Shown here piece after piece: positions 14,100-26,690 of a stretch of 64,000 bases of DNA. The stretch is from Vicugna vicugna. Lineage: Eukaryota. Within the stretch, counting starts at the first letter, position 1; each line of letters opens with the position of its first letter. Position numbers and translations under genes: made by a program. Under the pieces are notes generated by a model, which saw only the letters and a program-made list of their open reading frames with translations, had not been told where the DNA came from and searched no databases. The stretch covers positions 994,001 to 1,058,000 of the forward strand of contig MU061538.1 in assembly GCA_013265495.1 (NCBI GenBank). The letters are read 5' to 3'.

Positions 14100-14950
14100 C
14101 GAAGACTAGACTTCCCTGGTCTTCCGGCCCGCACGGCCCGGGGCGCTACCTCCGCACCTTTCCGGGACGGTCTCCGAGAGCGCGGAGCGTTTCTCCTCGC
14201 CGCGGGCCTTCGCAGAACACCCTTCCTCGCGCTGGCCAGGGCCGGTTTTCTTGGATCTGCGCGAATGTCCGCGAGGACAACAGCGGGCGACAGGAACGCT
14301 TCACGCCGGAGCTGCAACGGCTCCGGGTTAATAAACGGCGGCCGCGCGCGCCATCAATCACCCGGGCCGAGCCCGGCCGCCGCCATGTGCTGCACACATG
14401 CCCGCTCAACCCGCCGCCCCGGCCTCCGCGCTCGCCCTCCCTGCGGGCGGCTCCCCTTCCCCCGGCTCTGACCCGGGGGCCTCTCCTGGGCCCGGAGGAA
14501 ATAGGTGATCAGGGGACACCGCTTCTTTCTCCCTCCCCCGTGCCTTCCTCCATCCTTCTGTTTCACTTTTTCACCAGCACCTGGGCTGGGGTGAGGGCCC
14601 CTCCCCCTCCCCTCCCGCTTCCCCCTGCCCTCCCCCTACTCCCAGCTGATAAATGAGTTCAGAAGGGCCTGCAGTTTCATTTGGGTGATTACCGCCCGGG
14701 CGAGCGCGGCCACTCCTCTACTTCAGGGCCCGGGTGAGATTAATATCCTCTCTGGCAGCTCATTATCACCCCGGGCTCCTTCCATAAAATCCAACCTCAG
14801 CCAAGGCCGGGGGCGCGGCGCTGCTGGGAGCCCGGGCGAGAGCAGCTGTTGGGCGCGGGCGGCAGGGCGCGGGCCTCGGCCGCCTCGGGGTCCAAAGGTG
14901 CTTTGGGGGAACCGGGACTGGGTTTGCAACTGGTGGGAAAGCCCGAAGGC
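14100..14950. other. CpG island downstream of MNX1
   Basis: Dense CpG/GC; no recognisable coding sequence; boundaries approximate. Confidence 0.6.
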
Positions 14951-16359
14951 CCGAGGAGAGGGGTGGGAAAATTAGAGAGAGGGGGTGGGGAGTGGGAGAG
15001 GAGAAAGACAGATGCTTTGGGGGTTTAACAAAGCTGCAATCTGTGTATATCTCGTTTTAATTTCTACCACATTGGTGAAGTTCAGCCTGAAGCAATCTCT
15101 TCTCCGGCTGGCTCCACATCTGGGGGTTATTCCCCCGCACCCCCCTGCTAAGCCGGCCCAGCCCCAGTGCTCCCACCTCAATACTGGGCCCACCAGGGAC
15201 CAGGCAGGCTGGCCTGGGAGGGGTGTAGCTTCCGGCTTGGAGCGGGGTGTGGGGGGGTGCTTCCAACCCTAGAGGACGTCCTGTCCCTTCACCCCAGGTG
15301 TAGACCCTCCCGAACCCCGAGAGTTGTTGGCTCCCTTGGGGACAAGGGGAAAAGGAGCACTGAAGGAAGATAAAATTATTGTGACCCCCGCCCCCGGTCG
15401 CCAGCAGAGCAAGCCCCGGTTTGGCGCGGGGACTTAGCGGCCGGGGAAGCAGGACCCGCCCGAGGCCCCAGCGTCTCCAGCCAGCTGCTTAATCGCGACG
15501 GAATTTATCTCGCTAATAAATTTAATGATCAATTCGTTCTTGTCACAGTAGCTCTTCCCCAAATCAATTATAGCAAATTTAAATATAATCACTGGCTCAT
15601 CCTCACCCACTCTGGGCACAACGAACAATTCATTCCGCCTAATGAACAGCCGCCAGCCCTGCTCTGCCTGCCGCTGGGGCGTGTCTCCCCCAGCCTCCCA
15701 CGCACAGACCCTGCGCCGGGGAAGATAGGCTTTGCAGCCTCCAGCACCTGGTTTCCAGGACCAGCTTCAGGTCCACCCAGCAGAGTCCAGAGGGGGACGA
15801 AGGTACTGTTTTCAGACAAGCCCAGGCTTGGCCCTCGGACGGCCGCACAGGCCTCTGGTGGTGAAGCCGCGGGTGCCTGGCCGGGTCTCCCCACTCCCTA
15901 CCCAAGCGGTGTGCACCCCGCAGACCCAGCGAGGGTCCCCCCCAAAGAGGACCCTGCCCTCTGGGAACCCCACCTGACCCCTGCCATCCAGGGTGAGACC
16001 CTCAGCTCGCTGTGTTCACCCTAATGGGGGAATTGTCCTCCATTGTCAGAAAGGGCACCTTGTCCTGTGCCAGTATCCCCAGCAAGTGCAAAAGGATGTG
16101 GTTAAAGCCCTTTTTGTGACGAAGAAACCAATCCTTGGGCGCCCTCCAGCCGACAGCCCACCACCACCTGTCCAGCCCTGGTGGAGCTCTGGCCCAGGGT
16201 CTGAGGCCCTGATGAGGCACCTTTAATACTCGGAGCCTGAAAAGTGCAGAAATGGCTAGGATGTAGATGAAATGGGATTGCTCCTTCGTCAGTTGGCCTT
16301 CCTCCGCTTTGTAACCCAGACGGAAGTCATCTTGGAAAGATTTGCGTAAAAGGTTTTCT

Positions 16360-17425
16360 ATGGCAGCAAAAGCAAAAATCATCCAATGGGATTACATCAA
16401 AATTTAAAACTTCTGTGCTGCAGAGGAAAGAAGCAACACAACGAAAGGCAACCTAGGAAGGGAGAAAGTATTTGCAAGTCATATATCTGATAAGGGGTCA
16501 ATATCCAAAATACAGGGGGAGGGTATAGCTCAAGTGGTAGAGCACATGCTTAGCATACACAAGGTCCTGGGTTCAAACCCAGCACCTCCTCTAAAAAGAA
16601 ATAAATCAATCTAATTACCTCTCCCTCCCCCCTTAAAACACACCAAACCAAAACACATAAAGAACGACAGTTCAATTCAACAGAAAGAACAACTCAATTT
16701 TAAAATAGGCAAAGGAACTGAACATTCCTCTGAAGAAGAGATACAAGTGGTCCACAAGCACATGAAAAGGCACCCAGCTCACTAACCACTGGAGAAACGC
16801 AAATCAAACCGCCGCGAGATAGCGCCTCCCGCCTACTAGGACGGCTGCTACAAAAACAAAGCAAAACGGAAGATACCAAGGGTGGGCAAGGATGCGGTGA
16901 AATCGGAACTCCTGTGCACTGCCGGTAGGAGTGTGGAGCAGTGCAGGCATTATGCACACAGCACGGGGAGCCCTCAAAACCACCACCACCACCACAAACT
17001 AGAAGCGGCCCCGCTGCTGAGTGTGTATCCAAAAGCACTGGCAAGGATCTGGAAGAGGTATCTGCACACCCATGCTCACTGCAGCATTATTCACAATGGC
17101 CCAGAGGTGGAAGGAAAGAGGGAAATTCTGACACCTGCTGTAACATGGATGAACCTTGGGCACATTAGGATCAGTGGAATAATCTGGTCACAAAGAGACA
17201 AAGACTGCGAAATTCTACTTATTTGTGGGATCCAAAATAGTCAAATTCTTAGAGACAGGACATAGAATGGAGGTTGCCAGGGGCTGGGAGAAGGGGAAAG
17301 CGGAGATGTTCAATGGATAGGGAGTCAGTTTTGCAAGAAGGAAAATTGTGGACAGCTGCTGCCCAGCGATATGGACACAGCCACTGCTACTGTGCTAGAC
17401 GCTTAAAATGGCTGAGATGATTAAA
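16360..17425 (+). mobile_element. Old LINE-1 fragment (end of ORF2 and 3' UTR), interrupted by a SINE
   Basis: L1-like segments TGGGATTACATCAAAATTTAAAACTTCTG, TATTTGCAAGTCATATATCTGATAAGGGG, GCAGCATTATTCACAAT, ACATGGATGAACCTTG. Confidence 0.8.
16515..16645 (+). mobile_element. tRNA-derived SINE (Vic-1-like) nested in L1
   Basis: GGGGGAGGGTATAGCTCAAGTGGTAGAGCACATGCTTAGC...GGTCCTGGGTTCAAACCC (A and B boxes), tail CTAATTACC. Confidence 0.88.
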
Positions 17426-17440
17426 AGGAAGACAGACAGA

Positions 17441-17515
17441 CCATTCCTCCATCCCTCCCTGCCCCTCTCCTCCTTCTCCTCCCCCTCCCTCCTCCTCCCG
17501 CTCTCCCTCCCTCCT
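17441..17515 (+). repeat. Polypyrimidine (C/T) low-complexity tract
   Basis: CCATTCCTCCATCCCTCCCTGCCCCTCTCCTCCTTCTCCTCCCCCTCCC... Confidence 0.7.
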
Positions 17516-17539
17516 ACAGAAAGGGCAGACTTGCTGTAG

Positions 17540-18720
17540 GACTCCCGATCGCGGAAGGCTTGGGAAGGGAGCGCCTGGCCCCAGGCCGCCCGGACCTGAG
17601 CAGCAGCGGCGTTGGCGGGTGCGGGCCCGCGGCTGCCGCTGCCGCGCGGTGTGGGGCGCCCCGGCCCCTCCAGGCCGGCTCGTCGAGCACCTCCAGGTTT
17701 GCGGGTGAACTGACGCCTGCGGCCCCCGGGGTGGAGACCCGCCCCAGCCCCGGGCAGGGACTGCGCTCCCGCTCCCGGGGTGGGGAGCGGCCCCGCGCCG
17801 CGCGGTGGGGTGCGGGGCGCAGCTGGGGGGGTCTGCGGGGAGGGCCGCGCCGGGTGTGAGCCTCGTGGGGGGGTCCCCGCAGGACGTGGGCGCCCCCCAC
17901 CCGTATCAAAGTCCTGCGGTGCCTTGCGTCTCCCTCAATAAAACTAATCCCTTCGGAGGTGTGACTCACCAAGAATGCTGCAGTGTTCCAGACTACAAGG
18001 CAAATATGTTTTTCAGATTTGGTTTTTATGGTCGGATTAAAGTTTATTTTCCATAATAGGGCACCTAATAAAACTCATAAAGCCGGGTCGGGGCTCCAGC
18101 TGGTGGCCTCGTTTAACACTTTCACTTCGTAAATCACTTTACGACCTGCCAGGTGTGTCCCAAACTGGACGCCAACGAGAAACAGCCCCCCTTCCCCCCA
18201 CCCCGCGCAGGTCCCACGCTCGGGGGTCCGGCCAGTCCCAGGTTGGCGACCCAGGCCGGGCGGGGCTTTCCTCCAGGGTCCGCGCCCCCGCCGCTCCCCT
18301 CCCGCACCCCGAGAGGCAGGGGGACCCTCGCGGGAAGGCGGGGTCCGGGACGCGGGCCGGGAGCCCCCCGCGCGCCCCCCGCCCCGCCGGCCCCGCCCCC
18401 ACCCTGCATTCCGCGGCCGCGCACCTGGCCGCCCCCGAGTGTACACAAGGTGCCGGACAATGTGCGGCTCCCCGGGCCATTGTCCGCGGCGCTGGGCAGG
18501 ACAAAGGTGCCCGGGGGCCGGCGGCCGCGGCGAGGGGCAGGGCCCCTTCCAGCCGGGCCGGGGTCGCCGCACCCCCTTGGCTGCGCCCGCGCAGAGGATG
18601 CGCGCGCGCGCGGGGGGTGGGCGTCCCGACCCGGCGGTCCAGGGATCCCATGAGCTTCTCCGGGGACGGGAGGGAAAGGAGGCTCCCCCGTGGGCACGAT
18701 CCGCTCGCTCGATGGTTCGC
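17540..18720. other. CpG island with an AT-rich core (orphan island)
   Basis: Two very GC/CpG-rich blocks flanking an AT-rich segment at ~17930-18150. Confidence 0.65.
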
Positions 18721-21004
18721 GCTCAGAGTTAACCCGTTTCTGTTACAACGCCTGTGGTTTTCGTCTGGGTTCACCTTCCGACTAATATACTTTCTTCGGA
18801 GCATGCAATTTCTTCTGTGCTGAAATACCATCTTGAAAAAGGATTAAAAAAAAATAAAGGTGAGGGCGTCCTGGGACGGGGGGCTTCGAGGAGAGAATGG
18901 CCTGCTTTTGCTTGCTGGTCTGGGGGACAGGCCCTGGCCACCGGCCACAGGAGGCCTTTCCTGCTCCAGCCCCAGGTGAGGGCTTAGCTGCCTGGGGCCA
19001 GCTGCGCCTCTCTGGGGCATTTCTTCCACACCTAAGATTCCTATACTGTGCTGGGAAGCTTACCTTCTTGATAGATAAACCTGCAGAGGAAATGTAACTT
19101 GTGCTTTTTCCTGGGTCTGCGGCCGTGCTTGCTCCCTCTCATCCCCCTGCTCCACGTATCCTGCTGATTACTTTATCTAGGGTGGGGGTTAGATTCCCAC
19201 ACCTGTGTGACCCTGCAGCTTTTCACCCACGAAAGAGACAATAGCCAACTCAGAGAGCCCAGGCACCATGCATTCATTCAACCAACCGTTCTAGAAGAGC
19301 TGCTCTATGCTAGACATCATTGTAAGCACCAGGATTCGGCTGGTGAACAAAACAGACAAACATCTCTGCCCTCCCGGAGTAACACTGTAATGGGAAGAGA
19401 AAGACTGAGGCCAACAAACACTAGGTACGTGCATCATCCAGCGTAACAGGTGCATGAACGCAGGAGGCTGTGTGTGAGGCAAAGACTGAAAGAGGAAAGC
19501 GGGCTAAAGCGGGTAGCAGAGTTCTCACTGGGCGGCCGCTGCCATTCTCAGTGCCGCCTGAGACGCAGGACCCTTGCTCTTCTGGTTCATGGTGGGCATA
19601 CGGGGAACAGGGGTGTAGCACAGGCTGCCCGCCTTTAAGTGAGTCGGAGGAGAGGAACCAGAGACCTTTCAGAACTGGAGAGGCTGTTTATCCTGAGTCC
19701 AAGTGATCAAACATTCTCTTACTGACTCCAAGTGTTCCTAGCTCTGTTGGGGGAATAAATATCCCAGGAGTAGATGCATGTGTGGGTGGTGAAGTGGGAA
19801 TACATTACATGCGTGAGTTTCTTCCTTTTTTTACTGAGATATAATTGGCATAAAACATGGTATTCCTTTTAGGTCTACAGTGATTTCTTGATTTTAATAA
19901 TGAATTCATGCATTTGAGACCACTCTGGAAAATCAAAGAGAAACCAGTTTTTACATAAAAGGCTCACTGCTGATTTTCGAGAATTGGGAGAATATCTGAC
20001 CCCAGACACAGATGCTCATGGACCCCCAAGAGCAGGATGCGGACTGTGCTGCCTCCCTGCACCGCAGACACCTGTGCACCCACCTGGCATCTTCCCAGCA
20101 TCCCCGCCAGGCACAGGCATCCTGCCTCCACGCCACTGCACCGGCCGCTCTGTCCCTGGACTCCGGCACCCTCGCTTTCCTTAGGCCTGTCCATTCTTCC
20201 AGATGGAGTACAAGCTGCCCCACCCCCACCCATGACACTGTGCCCAGAGCAGAGGGCTGTAGAGGAGGCAGGGACCCTGGAACCCAGGATTGCGACCCAT
20301 CTCACCTAGTGTGTGGCCCGGGCAGGTTCTTTGACCTTGCGCCCTAGCGTCCCCGTCTGTAGAATGAGGACCCTCAGTCCGCAACTCACAGGGAGCCGTG
20401 AGGGCTACACAGCTGGACTGTGCCAGGCACCACACACGGGCTCGTGGGACAGTGAAACACACCAGCACCCCACCCCAGGCCGGTGCCTCTCTGACCCGTG
20501 GTCTCCAGGCCCACGAGGCACAGGTGGCACACAGAACACGTGCTCCTTTCCCCTTCCTTGGGGAAAAGATGTGGTGGGGGGTGTTCAATGGGGGAAGGGG
20601 TGTGCGTGGGGGGAGTCTTTGCAGAGATTCCTTGGGACTCAGAGGGATCCAAGAATAAGAGCCAGGAGGTGGAGGTGTGGCTGCAATTCTGTCACTGGTT
20701 GGGTGACTTGACCTCTCTGTGCCCCAGGTCCTCCTCCATCAAGTAGGGCGGCTGTGAAGAGGCACCATGCCGGTAGCAGGAAGGGCCATCCCAGAGGAGG
20801 TGACAGCACACAGCAGCCCCTCCAGTCCCCCCCCCCACGGAGTCTTGTGCCCTCTTGACAGTGAGGTGCCCGCTCTCCATTCGCTGCCCCCCTGGTCTGG
20901 CCTGTCCGAGGGCACATGGACCCAGGGCCACCCTGTCCTGACTCTGGGACCAGGCAACTCCTGTGTCCACACCTGCGTGATCACTTCTATCGGAGACTCC
21001 TGCA

Positions 21005-21059
21005 GAACAGAGACAGAGAGAGACAGAGAGAGGGAGAGCTCGAGCTCGAGCTCGAGCTC
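21005..21059 (+). repeat. GA-rich microsatellite followed by a (GAGCTC)4 palindrome
   Basis: AGAGACAGAGAG... then GAGCTC x4 at 21036-21059. Confidence 0.85.
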
Positions 21060-24000
21060 ACAGCTTCCCCGAATCTGCTTCTCTGGCCAGCCTGGAGTCT
21101 GCAGCCCGGAGCCCAGAGCCCCAGTGCCATGCCTCCTCCAGGCCCATGTGGGGCGTGCTTGCCCGATGGGACATTTGATGGGGGGCACCTCCTGGAGCCT
21201 TGAAAAAGGCTCATGCCCCTGTTGCCCCGGAGAGGCACGGCCAGCCAGCTAGACGCAGGCCACAGACAGGTTGTCAGCAGCCTTGAGAGCGAGCCCCCCA
21301 AGCTGCCAACCCACAGAAAGATGAGCTAATGATTGCCGTTTTAGGTCACTGCGTTTGGGGTGGCTCTTCACACAGAAAAAGCAATTTGATCCCCTACACA
21401 CTCCTTGGCATGGCCCAGCTTTCCAAGCCAAGTCTGTACAACCACATAGGCGAGCTCGGGTAGCTACTTGGACCCAACCTCACTGATTAATACTTATTGA
21501 GCATCTCTTGTGTGCCCAACACTGTGCCAGGTTCTGGACGGAAAGCAGAGAACAGCATAGACGTGCTCTCCGTGCCATGGGCCTTGGGGTCGAGCAGGCT
21601 GTGAGCACAACGCCTGGAGCGTACCCGGGAGTGGGCAGCACCCAGGGATGTCCACAAAACCACCGTGCGTGTCCATCACCACCGAGAGCGCTGCCTCCCA
21701 TGCTGCGTAAACTCGAGGACCTTGTTGGCCAGTGTATCAGTTAGGATCAGGCCAACCCCAGAGGCACGAGAGCTGAAGGAACAGTGGCCCACACAGCTGG
21801 AAGTTCACGTCCCTCTCCGGTAAACCTGGGCCGCCAGGGGCTGGTCTGGGGTCCTGTGATCTCCCTGGTCTCAGGCCCTTTGTCTCGTGGCTTTTCCTCT
21901 GTTGTCGAAGGTGGGGCTGGGTTCCACCTCCCATAGCAGGACAGAGGGCAGGCAGGGACGTGCGTGTCCTTCACAGGAGTTCTGAGCGTGGCCCATTCAC
22001 TCCCATCCCACTGGCTAGATGTCATAGCGTGGCCACACCAAGCTTCACCAGAGGTTGGGAAGCGAGTCTTTATTTCCAGTTGTCCCTGGGCCTCACTAAA
22101 AGTTGGGGTCCTATTCCAAGGGAGAAAGGGGTATCAGATCATAACTAACTCTGCCCTGTATTTGTTCTCTGGTTCTTCTGTGTGTGTGGCAAAATGCACG
22201 AGAGGTATTGTTGTGACCGCTCGTAAGTACACAGCTCAGTTGCGTTCGGTGCTTGCCCGGTGTTGTGCCACCACCTCTGTCTGTTCCCCAAACTTCTCAT
22301 CACCCGAGACCTGACTCTGCCCCAACTTAACAATCCCTCCCCTCCCCCCGCCCCAGCCCCGGGACCTCTCCTCTGCCCTCTGCCTCTGTGGACTGGCCGA
22401 TTCGGAGTATGTTTTGATTCTTTGGGACACTCCCTGCAGTATCCAGCACAGACATGAACATGAAAAGGGCTCCGATGACTTAAGTTGCTCTTCCCTTGTC
22501 GGCAAAGGTACTGCGATCCTCCCAGGGCCCTGTGGCCGAGCCTGCCCCCAGGACATGCGTGCCGGGACCTCCCCAGCACCGCTGGCCCTGCCACCTGCCC
22601 CCACCATCCCAGGGCCTCCGAAGTGGCCGTCCCCACTCTGTGGCCAAGCACCCAGATGCAGTGGCGAGCAGCCTGGTGCCCGAGAAAACCTGCCCTCGGG
22701 CCCGAGTCTCCATCAGGAGCCCAGCAAGCTGGCCCTCGTGCACTGGGGGCTCCTGGTGGCTGGCCGCGCCACCCCGTCTCAGGCGCCAGCATGTCTAGAT
22801 GTGGCTCGAGTACTCAGAATGCTGGCCAGGGCCTGCCCCAAGGAGTCCGAGGGCCGGGCCGCCCACAGAGCAGCAGCAGGAGGGATCAGAGGCCAAACAT
22901 CTCACTTTGAGAAATAAAGCCAGTGTGTCCAGCAACCTAAGTCCTCTGCTAACGTTAAAGCCAGAAGCACGGGGCGCTCCCGGCTCCCAGCCGTCCTTCC
23001 CGCCACCGTCACCTGTCCTCCCAGGTAAAGAAAACCCCTGCCGTGCCACCCAGTGCACTCCCGGCAGCTTCTCAAAATTGCTTGACAAATCCTGGGTTTT
23101 CCAAGAGGCACCAAGGGGGCTCGTGCCCCCCGGGTGCCCCCCAAGGCTCCCCCTCTGCAGGGGGCTGGGGGCCCATGGAAGCACCCCCCCACCGTGAGGC
23201 CTTCTCTCTTCTATCTTCATAAAACAAAGTAATTCGCTTTTAATGACTGCGGTGTTTTCTTTCCCAGTTCTGTTTGAGCAGATAATGTGTCGGGGGCCGT
23301 CCCCACAGGGTTAAACCACCGTGACCTTCCTAATCAGAGAACAGGAATAAATTATATTTACTCATAAATGGTGCTGGGTTCCCAGTGCCCAGCTGCCTCC
23401 TAACCACAGTGGGGGTGAGAGTTTTTGCTTTTATCAGGCCTCTCACTCACAGGGAACAAAGCGCTTTATCATCCTTCCAAGCAGGTAGGGAGCCCACAGT
23501 CAGCACGTGGGGTCCCCCTGCCTGTGGCCCCCTGAGACCCCTAAGCCTGAGGATCTGGTCGGCAGGACCCTCAAGCCCCCTCTGGGATCTGACAGACACA
23601 CCTGGCTGCTGCTGTCAGGAGACAAGTCACTGGCCCAGGCCCCTCCGGCTGGGCTGCCCTTGGCTGGGGCATGGCGGTGAGGGAGTGGCCAGCTCACTCC
23701 TGACTTTCTTACACGGGCTGTTTCTGCTCCTGCGAGCTTCACAGGAGCCAGGCCAGGGAGCCAGCATGAGAGCCGTGGGCTGGAAGGCTGGACAGGGAGG
23801 TGACTGGGACCAGCCGGCGTCAGAGAGAAAGCGAACTCTTCTTCCAGGCCCAAGTGGCCAAGATTTAGTGCAAGGAGGTCAAGGCCCAGACACAAAGTGC
23901 ACCTTGTTTTTCCGGCTTCTCTGTTTTGCCTGTCCTGGGGCGACTTTTGCAGCGGGGACAGTGGCCCCGCTTTCCCAGGGCAGATCTGGCCCCTGTGGCT

Positions 24001-24944
24001 GATTTATCAGTTAGTCCCACAGTCACTGACGCAGTGAAGCAGACCCTGTCCACCCCATCAAACCTGATTTAGAAAGCAGAGAGGTTTAAAACCTGCCATC
24101 GTCCATGCAAGCCCCAGACCGCCAGGGCGCTCGCGACCCCTGAAGGGCCTTACCGGCTAGCGTGGTGCCAGGTCGGAAAGCACTTCCTCCAGAAGTTCCA
24201 GGGCAAGGCGGACGTAAATCTCAAATAAGCACACTGAATTCTTGATGTGTTAAATAAGTGTGTCTCATACCGTGAACACATGAGCTTGCTTTTCTGTGCA
24301 CGGTAAGCCCTGGGTAAGTGCTCACCGGGAAATCTGTGTTTGCGGCGCGTCGGTTTTACTTCTCGTCTGATAACCGTGCCCCTGGGCACATCTGCTCAGG
24401 GCTGGATCTTTGTCGGAAATCCGTGATTTGGCCAAGACTGGACAAAATTAAGGCATGACGATAACAGAAATAATCTTAGCCCTGGGTTTTAAGGTGTGTG
24501 GGTACCAGGTACCTTCGGAGCACTGGAATCTGAGATGCTGGGAGCCGGGCTGGCCTCCAGGGCCTTGGTTTCATCTTGCACTTTTTTTGCCAGCTTTGTT
24601 TTACTCTTATTAAGGATAATTTCCGCAGAGGCAGTAAAAATGTCCTGGATCAGCCACCAGCATTTAAGAATTATAAAGAAGCTCCTAATTCAGACCTTCA
24701 GAATGTGCACTTCAGGAAAAAGTAACCAGAGAGAGAGGTCCTGCTCTCCAGAAATTCACCAGCACCTCCTGTGTCCAGACAAGAACCTACCTGCTGACTA
24801 ACAGTGCCAGGTCGTTTGGAGGACACAAAACTCACCACAGGTCGTAAAATCACAGACTCTGGATTCTTAGTAGCGCCTCTACCCCTGCCGAAGTCAGGCT
24901 GTCAGCAAACCTGATAAGCCACACCTTCTTTGGCCAAGTTCCTG

Positions 24945-25150
24945 TTGAAGTAGGGTCAGTTTACAATGCTGTGTCAATTTCTGGTGCACAGCATCATGTT
25001 CCAGTCATACGTACACACATACATTCCTTTTCAGATTCTTTTTCATTATAGGTTTTTATAAGACATTGAATATAGTTTCGTGTGCTCTACAGAAGAAATT
25101 TGTTGTTTATCTATTTTATATATAGTTTTGGCCAAGTTATTGATACAAAT
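24945..25150 (-). mobile_element. LINE-1 3' end fragment
   Basis: TTTACAATGCTGTGTCAATTTCTGGTGCACAGC...CAGATTCTTTTTCATTATAGGT...TTGAATATAGTT, the reverse complement of an L1 3' UTR. Confidence 0.65.
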
Positions 25151-26140
25151 ATGGGGGAGAGGAAATGCCGGGTGTGGAGACAGACCCGGAGTTGCTGCCG
25201 GGAACCTTCCTGGGCCGGCGGGGTGGCGGTCGGCGGGGTGACGAGCCCCACCTCCTGGCCCTGCTCTCTGGTTCCCACCCCCCAGCTTGTCCCCGTAGAC
25301 CTCACCAGAGCTCTTGCTTGATGCTGTGCACTGGGGTGACCAACCCATCAAGGCACCAAAAGTCCTGGGTCTCGAAGCCCGCTCAGCCCTGGGTAGGCCA
25401 GGAGCACTGGGCACTCGGCCTGCTCTCCACGGACAGGAGTAAATACCCGTGAGAAGAGAAATGAGAACAGCATGGACTCAGCCAGTTGTCAGTGAGCTCA
25501 TCTGGCGTCTTGGGGACGTCACTGCTGCCGTTCCAGGTGCCCCCAGGCCTGCCCGGGCACTTGGAGGAACGTGGGCGGCAAACTGCCTTTATAGAGGATA
25601 GTACTCAGAAGGAGGGCGGCCGCCGTGGGTCAGTGGAGGGGGCTGGCCTTGAGCTGGGCTGGTGGCAGCACCGGCCAGGTCTGCTGTCCTTGGTCCCCTC
25701 TATACCTGTGCCTGACCAACCGGCATGCCTACCGAGCATCACCATGCCTTAGATGAGACGGGGCTGCCCGGGGACCAGGCAACAACGCTGTGCTGAGGCT
25801 GTAATAGGAAGATGCACCCAAACCTGGGTACCACGCCAGGAAGGGCAGTTACGCTGGCATTTCAGGGTGACGCAGCTGTGAGTTATGGAGGCTCGGTCTG
25901 CGCAGCTGGGGATCTCCTCCACCTGGCAGGATCTCCCCGACAGGCGGGGCCACGCTCCCCGAACCCCCTGCCCCAGCCCGACTCTCCCACAGGCTTTGCT
26001 GGGAAGACGTCCCCTGCACTTGCCGCAGCCGAGGACAACAATCACCTGTCGTGACGCCGTCATTTCAAGGTGGGCGGAGTCTGATCTTCCCCCGGGAAAA
26101 GGGAGAGCGGTTTAAGAAGACACATTTTTAAAGAAGACTG

Positions 26141-26476
26141 GGAACCTAAAAAAAAGAAACAGAACGTAAACACAGAACAGAAACAGACTCATAGACATAG
26201 AATACAAACTTGTGGTTGCCAAGGGGTCGGGGGGTAGGAAGGGACAGACTGGGAGCTCAAAATTTGTAGATACTGACAGGCATACGCAGAATAGATAAAC
26301 AAGATTATATTGCATAGCACAGGGAAATATACACAAGATCTTGCGGTAGCTCACAGAGGAAAAAATGTGACAATGAATATGTGTATGTTCACGTATAACT
26401 GAAAAATTGTGCTCTACACTGGCATTTGACACAATGTTGTAAAATGACTATAACTCAATAAAAAAATGTTAAAAAA
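26141..26476 (+). mobile_element. 5'-truncated young LINE-1 3' UTR with A tail
   Basis: ACAGACTCATAGACATAGAATACAAACTTGTGGTTGCCAAGGGG...; A-rich tail; TSD AAAGAAGACTG at 26130-26140 and 26477-26487. Confidence 0.85.
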
Positions 26477-26644
26477 AAAGAAGACTGCCCGCTAGCAGTG
26501 AAGGGGGAATGATCGAATTCGAAAATGACTATTTTTGCGAGTAATCATTGATTCTGGCAAGTCATTAATGGCTGCCTGACCACGAGGCAAAATAGTTGGC
26601 TGAGGGGGACAGGAAACCCATGTGTTTAGCCACTTTTTTCCCTT

Positions 26645-26690
26645 GTGAGAGAGCGCGGAATCCTAACCACTAGGCCACCAGGGAGCGTCA
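26645..26690 (-). pseudogene. Tailless 5'-half tRNA-Glu(CTC) retrocopy
   Basis: Minus strand reads TGACGC-TCCCTGGTGGCCTAGTGGTTAGGATTCCGCGCTCTCTC(AC), matching the 5' half of tRNA-Glu to the anticodon loop. Perfect 15-bp direct repeats ACTTTTTTCCCTTGT at 26632-26646 and 26691-26705; no poly(A). Confidence 0.8.

Noticed and set aside
16515..16590. Possible tRNA-Ala gene
   Set aside because: Runs into a SINE tail and recurs six times with divergence; these are SINE heads.
18075..18831. Several 165-230 aa ORFs on both strands
   Set aside because: Open in many frames at once, the signature of a CpG island rather than a gene.
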